Source: a virus
Taxonomy: Duplodnaviria > Caudoviricetes
Direction: 5' to 3' (one strand)
Virus record (IMG/VR): IMGVR_UViG_3300003886_000264
Span: 1 to 51,902 of that record
Length of the DNA: 51,902 nt
The position numbers were made by a program, and so were the translations under genes. This document shows positions 19,431 through 27,446 of the stretch, piece after piece. How positions within the stretch are numbered: position 1 is the first letter of the stretch; every line of letters starts with the position of its first letter. The notes under the pieces were generated by a model. The model was not told the DNA's origin. It made no database searches and saw nothing but the letters and a program-made list of their open reading frames with translations.

Positions 19431-21203
19431 TTATGGTAAGACTGCATAAGCTTCAATATCTTTGTTTTTATCAATTTCTTCAAGAATTAAAGAGACTTTT
19501 TTCTTATTAGGACGAATATCTCCATATATATCAAGACCTATCTTGTCAGGACATTTCCCTAATATTTCTGCATTATGTAAAGCGTCTAATATATCAAGTG
19601 TACTATCAGGGAAAGTCTCTATCTGTTCCCTTACCTTTTTAATATACTTCATAGTACGTAGGAGTTCATAACGAGCAGCACTAAACCAATTAAGTAGTCC
19701 AACCTGTAACTTATACTCCTTATCATCTGTTGGGTGGTAAGGTAACATCCTAATCTTAACTCGTAATTTCGTAAGTAAATCCTTGATGTCATTATACCAA
19801 GCAAGTTGTTGCCCTGCATTCTCAATCACCACACCATCTGCATGATATTTAAGTATATGCCGAACTGCTTCCTCTACACCACCCTTCCGTCTCACTAATT
19901 GCAAGTCGTCAGCACTAATTGCCAATTTTGTACTTGCCTTTATCCGCAACTCCTCATCTTCATCATAATATCTATCCCTAATATCGAACTTCGCTAATGA
20001 GCAATCTATTACTCTACGCTGTCCATCACAACAAAAAGCTGTTGTAGTAATACAACCATCCGAAGACTTGCGTTTACTCGAGATAGCAGGGTCTAAACTG
20101 ACTATAATCATTGCATTATACTGCTGCTCAATTATATCTTCATTCTCATCTAATGTCTTTTTAATTATCCAGCTTATTCCATTCCTATGCTTATAAGCTC
20201 CATCAAACTCAACAATACGGAAATCTTTATCAGAAATAAGTTTATTATAGTACTCCATCATAAACCTTCGCAAACCACCAAGTTTAGGATGTCCTTCAAA
20301 CCATTTCTTAAGTTTCCCTACATATTCAATATCAAACCTTTTAGCCCAATCAGCAGTCTCTATTCCAGTAATAGGGTCAATCTTAGTAATCTGATAAAAC
20401 TGTTTCTTCCATCCTGTATTCTTTTCAGACAAGAGATGTTTTATTAGGCAGTTAGCGTGGACGTAGTTCCCTATATAGATAGTCATACCTTCTTTATCTA
20501 ATCCAGAGAACTGTTCTCCAAGTATCTCATCAGCATTATACTGACGCATAGTGGCAGTCTTTGTATTCTCTTTATTCTCAACATCATCATCAATATCTAA
20601 CTTAGGACGTCTATCCTTAATGTTAGCACCCCTTGTCGGTTGATTTAGCCCTACAGATTGGAAGATATAGCCATTTTTAAGAATCATAAACTTAGTAGTG
20701 TTCTTAAGCTTTTCATCTCTGACTTCTTTTATGGTTGGTTCAAGTCTGCCAAATAACTTGAGTACGTTAGGATTGATAAACTCAGCAGTTACATTAAGGA
20801 GTTTTTTCTCAGCATCTGGAGAATTCTTGGCTCTAAGTCGAATATAATCAATCTCAGGTAATAATTCGTCTTGATAGTATACTCCATATTGTCCTATTAA
20901 AAGGAAATAAAGTGGAAGGATTTTCCCAAACCAAGTAGACTTTGAACCCTCACGATAAGTACAGATAACGTGGCATCTGTCAACTTTAGTATCTCCCTTT
21001 TTATATTTTAATACTTCGTGGAGTGCTGGTCTAACCCAATTAGCTGTACCGAATTCACGCTTAAGGGCATTTGGGAAGAGTTCAAAGCCAAATCGTACAA
21101 TACCTAAGTCAGATGGTGAAGTATTAGATTGCCATCTTGGTAAGTATTTATACAGAAGTTTATTCTTAGGGTATTTCCTAAGCGGTTTGAGTTCATAAGT
21201 CAT
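19431..21203 (-). CDS. terL: Terminase large subunit
   Basis: Walker A-like TYREGSKST, RGANIKDRRPKLDIDDDVE (Walker B), RRFMMEYYN, RNase H-like SLDPAIS, VVIE and DILDAL. Confidence 0.92.
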   Translation of the reverse strand: MTYELKPLRKYPKNKLLYKYLPRWQSNTSPSDLGIVRFGFELFPNALKREFGTANWVRPALHEVLKYKKGDTKVDRCHVICTYREGSKSTWFGKILPLYFLLIGQYGVYYQDELLPEIDYIRLRAKNSPDAEKKLLNVTAEFINPNVLKLFGRLEPTIKEVRDEKLKNTTKFMILKNGYIFQSVGLNQPTRGANIKDRRPKLDIDDDVENKENTKTATMRQYNADEILGEQFSGLDKEGMTIYIGNYVHANCLIKHLLSEKNTGWKKQFYQITKIDPITGIETADWAKRFDIEYVGKLKKWFEGHPKLGGLRRFMMEYYNKLISDKDFRIVEFDGAYKHRNGISWIIKKTLDENEDIIEQQYNAMIIVSLDPAISSKRKSSDGCITTTAFCCDGQRRVIDCSLAKFDIRDRYYDEDEELRIKASTKLAISADDLQLVRRKGGVEEAVRHILKYHADGVVIENAGQQLAWYNDIKDLLTKLRVKIRMLPYHPTDDKEYKLQVGLLNWFSAARYELLRTMKYIKKVREQIETFPDSTLDILDALHNAEILGKCPDKIGLDIYGDIRPNKKKVSLILEEIDKNKDIEAYAVLP

Positions 21204-22395
21204 CTATTGCAGAAAGTTTAGACATCCCATCAAAATCAACAGCATCAACATCTTCTCGCAATACATCAAGTTGTCTTACTTTTTCTTTCTTCTCTTCTTT
21301 TGATAAATCATAAGGTGGCTTAAGAATAGTAAATTCATTAGTCTCTACTACCTTTTCTGGAGGCGCAGGAACATCATCAAGAAGTTCTATATCAATACTA
21401 TCTTCAGTTTCCTCTTTCTTGATAGCGAATCCTTTCTTATCGTTTTTCTCTATAAGCTTAGGACTTTTAGCCCCATCTATAAGTTTACTCTCTCCAACTG
21501 ATACAGTCTCATCTGATTCTCTAATATTAAGTATAGCATCATATACTTTAAGAGAATCATCAGTAGTCCCATCCGTAAGAGATTTGTCAAAGATAAGTTT
21601 TGCCATTTCTACCATCTCTTTGTCAGGTATCTCTGTCTTAAATGCTTTTTGTAAATCACCCATTAGATATGCAAGCTCCTTTCTAAATAGCTCTCTAAAT
21701 CTTTTTGTTTGTACTATCTTCTCTCTATCATCTTTTCGTATAGTCAGACCATAAATTTTCTTGACGGCATCGTCCAACTTGAGATAGGTGTCTGAGAGAG
21801 GATTAAATAATAAGTGGAAAAGGCGAACATCACGGACAGTTGCTCTTTTCCTTTCCAGTAACGCTTTAAGTCGTTCGTCATAAGTGCTTCTTTCTCTAAC
21901 GCCTTCAACAACACTTGAGGGGTTTTTGAATTGGTCTTTAACAGCTGCTGTAAGGTTCCAGCGAGATATGGAAAGCATTTCAATTCCGTTAGAGAAAAAA
22001 CAAAGATAGTGATTTCTTGCGGAGAGGATAAGGTGGAGCTGGATAAAGCAGTTGTCTGTTGGAATTGCTCTTCCTTCTTCGTCAAGCTCCCAATGGATAA
22101 TCCCTTTTTCAACTCCTGCTGAAGCCAGACTTTTAGGGACAAACTTTTCTCCTGTAGCCACGAAGACATTGACATCACTAACTTGGCAAAATTTATTCCT
22201 GCCCTGCAAGCCATACTTCTTAGTAAACCCAAGAAAGTCTTCAACCCCTCTGATAATATGGAATGTTGTAAGTTCATTCTTAGTTATATGCTCCTTTAAC
22301 TCTTTTTTTGAATGGAAGATATACATTGGCTGTGATACATTCAAGTATTTAGGGCTAACTCCTCCATCTTTTTTTCTTAAATCTACTTTTCTCAT
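21193..22395 (-). CDS. Putative terminase small subunit-like / DNA-packaging protein
   Basis: Overlaps the TerL start; helical core with acidic tail. Assignment is positional. Confidence 0.4.
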   Translation of the reverse strand: MRKVDLRKKDGGVSPKYLNVSQPMYIFHSKKELKEHITKNELTTFHIIRGVEDFLGFTKKYGLQGRNKFCQVSDVNVFVATGEKFVPKSLASAGVEKGIIHWELDEEGRAIPTDNCFIQLHLILSARNHYLCFFSNGIEMLSISRWNLTAAVKDQFKNPSSVVEGVRERSTYDERLKALLERKRATVRDVRLFHLLFNPLSDTYLKLDDAVKKIYGLTIRKDDREKIVQTKRFRELFRKELAYLMGDLQKAFKTEIPDKEMVEMAKLIFDKSLTDGTTDDSLKVYDAILNIRESDETVSVGESKLIDGAKSPKLIEKNDKKGFAIKKEETEDSIDIELLDDVPAPPEKVVETNEFTILKPPYDLSKEEKKEKVRQLDVLREDVDAVDFDGMSKLSAIDDL

Positions 22396-22919
22396 CCTCT
22401 TATTAAGCTATCAAGCTCCTCCTCAGTGTACTGCATCGCTATATCAACTGGCGGATCTTTCTTCTCTTCACCTAAATGAGCATCTCCATAAGACTCTAAC
22501 CTTTTTTGCAGAGTCTTATCATCCTCTAAATCTGTTCCTATCACTGGTTTAAGAAGACTAACCAACTTCTTTACCCCCAAGTCGATAGACTGTAATATAC
22601 TAATAGTGCTCTTAGTATGTTCAATCCGTAATCGAGTAAGCTGAAAATCAAGAAAACCCATACCTTCAATATCTGACCAAAAGCCAGCATCTTTGTCGGC
22701 AATAGGTTTAATAAGCTTATAATCAAACCCAACAAGTATAGCAAATTCCATAAGCAAATTACCCAAGTCTTCTCCCTCTTCCATTTCCATAACTTCCCAA
22801 AACTTGTAGAGGGTCGTTGCTCGCTGAATATCTGTTTCTGGGGCATTAGCTTCTTTAAGTTTTTGTAAACTTTCATAAGCTTCTTCTTTTTTTACTAAGA
22901 ATTTAGAAACTGTCTCCAT
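22392..22919 (-). CDS. Hypothetical protein
   Basis: 175 aa, AAAGGAG RBS, ATGA-coupled to the next gene. Confidence 0.75.
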   Translation of the reverse strand: METVSKFLVKKEEAYESLQKLKEANAPETDIQRATTLYKFWEVMEMEEGEDLGNLLMEFAILVGFDYKLIKPIADKDAGFWSDIEGMGFLDFQLTRLRIEHTKSTISILQSIDLGVKKLVSLLKPVIGTDLEDDKTLQKRLESYGDAHLGEEKKDPPVDIAMQYTEEELDSLIRG

Positions 22920-22982
22920 TATTTTTCTTCTCCTTTATATATTAAGTGATGGTTTATTAAACTTGGCATATTCGTTTATTCG

Positions 22983-23090
22983 TAGCTACTGAGGAGTCGA
23001 GCCACTGCAGTTAGCTGTTTCTCCCTTCGCCCAAAATCTACGTGCTTGAAGGACACTCGAGTCTCTCCGACAAGACAGGCAGATTTCCTT
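22983..23090 (-). ncRNA. Candidate structured RNA (GC-rich intergenic element)
   Basis: Locally GC-rich. An AAATCTGC/GTAGATTT stem encloses two hairpins, followed by an AGCTA-CTG/CAGTAGCT stem containing a T-loop-like GGCTCGACTCC. Confidence 0.3.
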
Positions 23091-23100
23091 GCAAATATAT

Positions 23101-23385
23101 TCAAGATAACTCACCATCACTATCTTTAGTATTATTTATTGCTCTTTTTAAAGCATCATCTATTAGTGCTCTATTTATTCGCTGTATAGAGGCACTCAAT
23201 TCATTCATAAGCAATATCTCTACATTAGGAGAAAGATTAAAGATTTCTACACTAAAGCCAATTTCTAATCTTTCTGTAAACTTAGGTTTTTCTGTCATAA
23301 CCACAGTCTCTTCTCCTTTTTCAGTAGGTTCTCCTACTTCATCTATGATTTCTCCAACACTTACATCTATCCATACTGCGTGCAT
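23101..23385 (-). CDS. Small protein resembling a capsid E-loop/spine-helix fragment
   Basis: GGAGG RBS. Sequence FSVEIFNLSPNVEILLMNELSASIQRINRALI resembles the HK97-fold spine-helix region. Confidence 0.55.
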   Translation of the reverse strand: MHAVWIDVSVGEIIDEVGEPTEKGEETVVMTEKPKFTERLEIGFSVEIFNLSPNVEILLMNELSASIQRINRALIDDALKRAINNTKDSDGELS

Positions 23386-23621
23386 TTAACCTCCTGAAAT
23401 TCAGGGTATCTAAATTTCCAATCTTCAACTATCCCCTTATTCCCTTTTGATAACATTTCTAAAAGAGGCATTTTTGCATACTCCCTAAGTCTATCTTGAA
23501 TAAGTACAGAGTCATATAAACCAGTCGGCTCAGACAAAGGTGTTCTGAACCAACTGACTGGTTTAACGGACAAGGCAGCGATAGCGAGTCCCAAACTCCT
23601 TAAAAACGTTCTTCTATGCAA
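23367..23621 (-). CDS. Tat-signal protein carrying a copy of the major capsid N-terminus
   Basis: Probable TTG start at 23621 (or GTG 23624) overlapping the upstream stop: MHRRTFLRSLGLAIAALSVKP. Then GLYDSVLIQDRLREYAK and EDWKFRYPEF, matching capsid GLYDLSNVQDRLRIYAQ and TDWEFRYPEF. Confidence 0.8.
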   Translation of the reverse strand: MHRRTFLRSLGLAIAALSVKPVSWFRTPLSEPTGLYDSVLIQDRLREYAKMPLLEMLSKGNKGIVEDWKFRYPEFQEVKCTQYG

Positions 23622-24036
23622 CACTTCCCTCAATCCTACCTGTAAAAGCTCCTTCTTCTTCAACAGGGACAACTATAAATGGTCTTAAAGAACCAATTAT
23701 CCCTTTAAAAAGATGGTCTTTAGCTTGCTGCTGAGAAGATAATTCATTAAAAGGAAGCAAACAAGGATGAGTTTTCAATTCTGCATCTTTCGTATGTCCC
23801 CAGACCCATCCAGTTCTGATTTTATCTCTCGTCCAGTTATCATGAGCAGCAGACTCACTCGCATCAGGATTACTCAGATGAAATTTAACTCCATCAACAG
23901 CACTAACTTTCTGCCATACTGGAGCATTTTCCCAACTATCCTGTGAATGGTCTTTATCCAGCGCACAGAAAACCTTATTCGCTTCGTGACATATTTGTGC
24001 CACATCTACTACTGATAAAAAAGTCCCTTCTTTCAT
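23614..24036 (-). CDS. RyR (ryanodine receptor repeat) domain phage protein
   Basis: AQICHEAN..WENAPVWQ..HDNWTRDKIRTGWVWG..KDAELKTHPCLLPFNEL..QQAKD is the characteristic RyR-domain signature. Confidence 0.88.
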   Translation of the reverse strand: MKEGTFLSVVDVAQICHEANKVFCALDKDHSQDSWENAPVWQKVSAVDGVKFHLSNPDASESAAHDNWTRDKIRTGWVWGHTKDAELKTHPCLLPFNELSSQQQAKDHLFKGIIGSLRPFIVVPVEEEGAFTGRIEGSVA

Positions 24037-24073
24037 AGCGTCTCCTTTTCATAAAGTTAAAAAATATTTGACC

Positions 24074-24102
24074 AATATAAAGAATTATAAACATTTTGTC
24101 AA
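24074..24102 (-). promoter_or_regulatory. sigma70-type promoter driving the leftward (packaging/structural) arm
   Basis: AAGGAC-TTGACA-N17-TATATT on the minus strand, upstream of the RyR gene. Confidence 0.75.
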
Positions 24103-24109
24103 GTCCTTA

Positions 24110-24980
24110 CGGCTATCCTTATAAAAAAAATTTTTTTACTATCAAGTCTCCTTAAGTTACAAATCTAAAAAAAGCAGTTTTTGCATTATATAAGCTTATA
24201 AGCTCTTATATATAAAGAAAACAAACAAAAAAAAACTTCTTCAAGAGTGAGACGACTTCTTAGAGAACTACTCACCCCCGAAATAACTAACTATATATAA
24301 GAGAAGAAGTATAATGCGTAGTAAAGTGCGTATAATATAAGTATATAAACTATACAAATAAAATATAGGGAAGTAAAACTATATATAATGCGTATATATA
24401 AGAGATAAGCGTATAAGTTATTATATAGTGCTTAATATAATATATATAAGTAATATAATACCTGAAAACTAAAATGTATGCGTGTGTAAGTAGTGCATTT
24501 ATTGGTTTATAAAATCCCTTTCCCCCCCTATGCCTTTTTTTGTGGACTATCTTTTGGAGTAGTGTTATACTATATACTATTGCTTACTATTAACTATATA
24601 TATGCATCATAACAAGGCACTGATACAATACAAATGCATCATAATAGAGCATTATATATATAAGATAGTATTATATTATTAAGTATTGTGCATATATATA
24701 ATTGTACTTACGCAATACTCCTCTATTATAAACAATTGCTTTAACTATACCTTTCATAATGCACCTAATATATAAACAAACGTACACTTATATTATAGTG
24801 CTTATCCATTCCTTTATATATATATATGATGTATCAATATGATAATATGCTTCATTTTGGCAACTCGTTGTATTATAATAGTTTAGGGTAAGTTTCGGTA
24901 AAATATACCGGAAATATGCTTCATTTTGATATTTATATAGTCTTCAATATCTTTGCTTTACGCATTAAAAATGCATTATA
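24110..24980. other. AT-rich non-coding control region; probable genome end/origin region
   Basis: No ORFs. Many TATATA tracts, short direct and inverted repeats, and a C7 tract near 24522. Lies at the divergence of the two arms. Confidence 0.55.
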
Positions 24981-24986
24981 TTGACT

Positions 24987-25002
24987 TGGCACATACATTG
25001 CA
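24987..25002 (+). promoter_or_regulatory. sigma54-type (-24/-12) promoter
   Basis: TGGCAC-ATACA-TTGCA with exact GG-N10-GC spacing, upstream of the first plus-strand gene. Confidence 0.7.
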
Positions 25003-25119
25003 ATGCATACCGAAAATACGGACGGTTAAGATAGTTCATTTAGTCTTTAGTGTAGTTATATAAGTTTATAACGGCATATAAAATGCCACTACTTAATAAC
25101 TAAATGAAAGAGGTATATT

Positions 25120-25596
25120 ATGAATACCATTAGAATCTTAACGTCAGAACCTTTAGAAGTAAACTATACTTCTATGTTGGACATACAGCTTGCAATTGGT
25201 AAAGCTGGGCTGGGCAATATGGGCAATGCTGAAGCAATGAAAGCTAATAGCGAAGTTTATATTGAAGTACCGGCAGGCACACCTAAGAATAGGTTGTCAG
25301 AGCTTGATACAATTGTTAAAACCTTTAACTTCGCTGGAGTAGTGGAAGGCGAGGAGGGTTGGGAAAAAGGCGGTTTTGGTTCAAAAGTGGACTGGAACAC
25401 TGACGAGCCACTGATACACAGAGGTGTTGATGTAAGCAATCCTGAAAAAACTGCAAAGGTTCGGAAGGTTATAGCGATGTTCCAAGCTGCCACTGAAGAG
25501 TGGAAAGAGTTGAAGTCTGAAGGGACTGTTGGAGTGGACGGAAATTTCCACATTAAAACACTGGCGAAGTACCGTAAAACAAGAGGCAACAAATAA
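25120..25596 (+). CDS. Early hypothetical protein (distant paralog of 30092..30559)
   Basis: 158 aa, GAGGT RBS, own promoter and terminator. Confidence 0.85.
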   Translation: MNTIRILTSEPLEVNYTSMLDIQLAIGKAGLGNMGNAEAMKANSEVYIEVPAGTPKNRLSELDTIVKTFNFAGVVEGEEGWEKGGFGSKVDWNTDEPLIHRGVDVSNPEKTAKVRKVIAMFQAATEEWKELKSEGTVGVDGNFHIKTLAKYRKTRGNK

Positions 25597-25608
25597 GACC
25601 TCAGAGCT

Positions 25609-25636
25609 AAGAGCCCTCGAAAGAGGGCTTTTTTTT
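25609..25636 (+). terminator. Rho-independent terminator
   Basis: AGCCCTC-GAAA-GAGGGCT followed by a T-run. Confidence 0.9.
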
Positions 25637-25703
25637 ATCCATTCTTTTTGATTGATACTAAGCAATTATTATATAAAGCATTTGTACTATATAAGCAATA
25701 TTT

Positions 25704-25719
25704 TGGCATAATATTTGCT
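25704..25719 (+). promoter_or_regulatory. sigma54-type (-24/-12) promoter
   Basis: TGGCAT-AATAT-TTGCT, just downstream of the terminator and upstream of the early gene cluster. Confidence 0.65.
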
Positions 25720-25756
25720 GTATTATTTGATTAAAACATTTCAGAAAGCACACTTA

Positions 25757-25993
25757 ATGAATAGGATAGTAAAGACTGAAGTTAAAGCTTGGGATAGCTT
25801 CAAATATTTAGAAGTATTTGATATTATCTCTTTTTATTCCACAGGCGAAATCAAAGAAGTAAAATCCTCTGGGTATTTTATAAGCAAATATGATAGAGAC
25901 AAATTAACTCAAGAGCAAACTGCTACCTCGTTAAGTGCATCTTTATATTATAATAAAGAAATTATATACCTTAATATAAAACAATTTGATTAA
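25757..25993 (+). CDS. Hypothetical protein
   Basis: ATG at 25757 (MNRIVK), weak RBS; 78 aa. Confidence 0.45.
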   Translation: MNRIVKTEVKAWDSFKYLEVFDIISFYSTGEIKEVKSSGYFISKYDRDKLTQEQTATSLSASLYYNKEIIYLNIKQFD

Positions 25994-26123
25994 GCTTATT
26001 ATGGAACACTTATTATATTATTATTCTTATAATCATATATGCAAAACAATTGGAAAGCCAATAAAGTATATCTTTATAATACACAGATATACTTATATTT
26101 ATAACTAAATGAAAGGAGAAAAA

Positions 26124-26345
26124 ATGACTACTTCAGAAAAGCTTGAACAGCTTTGTAAACTCGAGGGACTGTCTGAAAATATGCTACTTAAAAGAGCTGT
26201 AATGGAAGACGTTTGTTCCGGCATCTGTATGAATGATGACTGTGATTATGTCACAGAGTGTGAACCAGATGCAAGCAAAAACTATTGCGAAGAGTGTAAC
26301 ACTCATACAGTAACATCCTGCTTAATATTAGCAGGCATTGGATAA
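26124..26345 (+). CDS. Small Cys-rich zinc-finger-like protein
   Basis: GAAAGGAG RBS; GICMNDDCDYVTECEPD...YCEECNT. Confidence 0.75.
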   Translation: MTTSEKLEQLCKLEGLSENMLLKRAVMEDVCSGICMNDDCDYVTECEPDASKNYCEECNTHTVTSCLILAGIG

Positions 26346-26366
26346 ACTAAATGAAAGGGTCGAAAT

Positions 26367-26648
26367 ATGAACGACTTAATAAACTTTACTAAGAATATGG
26401 AGAGAGAGCTTGCTAAAAAGCGAAAGCTAAGGAAGCTCTACCAACAGCATCTTGCTACTATAAAGTTAGAGCCAGAAGCTGAAGAGCTCCAACGTATCTT
26501 TCTTGAAATCCACAAGTTATATTCAAAAGTTTTTGCATATTCTTTTGAAGATAAACAAGAGGTTAAAGAAACTGTTAAATACCTTAATGATTTAGTTAAG
26601 GTTGCTAACAAAATTGCAAAGGAGGTAAATTTTGAAACTTCAATCTAA
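26367..26648 (+). CDS. Hypothetical helical protein
   Basis: GAAAGG RBS; 93 aa. Confidence 0.7.
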   Translation: MNDLINFTKNMERELAKKRKLRKLYQQHLATIKLEPEAEELQRIFLEIHKLYSKVFAYSFEDKQEVKETVKYLNDLVKVANKIAKEVNFETSI

Positions 26649-26943
26649 GTTCTTTGCAATGCTTGATGAGACAACAACCATTACTTCAGACGTTCCACTC
26701 TTCCAATATCATAATTGCTTATATGCTCACGTAAGAAAAGGACAAGAGCATCAGATTCGTGAATATAGCAGTAATGGACTATTCTTAAGAGAATCAAATT
26801 TAAAGCCTTTTAATAAACTTACCACATTAACTCGTGAAGACAAGTATATTATGGCTGCAACAGAGTATTTTAAAGATAATAATTTTCCAGTTAATACTCC
26901 CTTTGTTACAGAACGCTTTCAAAATTGGGAAGGGAATTTATAA
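26632..26943 (+). CDS. Hypothetical protein
   Basis: AAGGAGGT RBS, TTG start. Confidence 0.7.
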   Translation: MKLQSKFFAMLDETTTITSDVPLFQYHNCLYAHVRKGQEHQIREYSSNGLFLRESNLKPFNKLTTLTREDKYIMAATEYFKDNNFPVNTPFVTERFQNWEGNL

Positions 26944-27434
26944 TGGAAGATGAAATCAAAAAACTAAAGAGTGAAATCAAAGTTCTCTCTGAAGACCTAA
27001 CTATCGCATTAAATTGTTTACGCTTTTATGGTAATCATAAGAATTGGGTAGTTACTCAAAGGAGAGATGAAATAGATAGAACTACTTCTTACTCATCTGA
27101 TATAGCAGAGGATGATGGACAGAAAGCCAGGATTACTATTGACGCTATTCTCAAAGTTCGTAAACATAAGAAGTTTTTAGAACAATCTAAATATACTTAC
27201 ACTGATGAACAGTTGATGCTTATGGGATATAGAATAGTAATGCTTTTTGATGAGAGCTTTGTTATTGCCTTATCTCCAAAACGAAAAGGTGAATTGTTTA
27301 CCTTTGCTGGAGATTCCTTTAATTTTGGTACAGACTTATCAGTAATCATTCCCTTTGAAACTCAACAATTAGCTCGTGTCGCTGTAAGTAATTACATCAA
27401 CCGAAGAGCTTTAATTATTAAAAACAAGAAATGA
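26943..27434 (+). CDS. Hypothetical protein
   Basis: ATG overlaps the previous TAA. LRFYGNHKNW...DDGQKAR is a motif common in small phage proteins. Confidence 0.7.
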   Translation: MEDEIKKLKSEIKVLSEDLTIALNCLRFYGNHKNWVVTQRRDEIDRTTSYSSDIAEDDGQKARITIDAILKVRKHKKFLEQSKYTYTDEQLMLMGYRIVMLFDESFVIALSPKRKGELFTFAGDSFNFGTDLSVIIPFETQQLARVAVSNYINRRALIIKNKK

Positions 27435-27446
27435 AAGGATAATAAA

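Noticed and set aside
23038-23103. UGA followed by an in-frame 20-codon extension and a stem-loop (selenocysteine or readthrough)
   Set aside because: The structure is a multi-branch junction rather than a bacterial SECIS-like hairpin, and there is no redox-motif context.
25072-25088. GGCAT-ATAAA-ATGCC as a bidirectional sigma54 site
   Set aside because: The -12 element is ATGC rather than TTGC; more simply a leader hairpin.
24110-25100. Mini-CRISPR array in the non-coding region
   Set aside because: Repeats are 16 bp or shorter, irregularly spaced and low-complexity.
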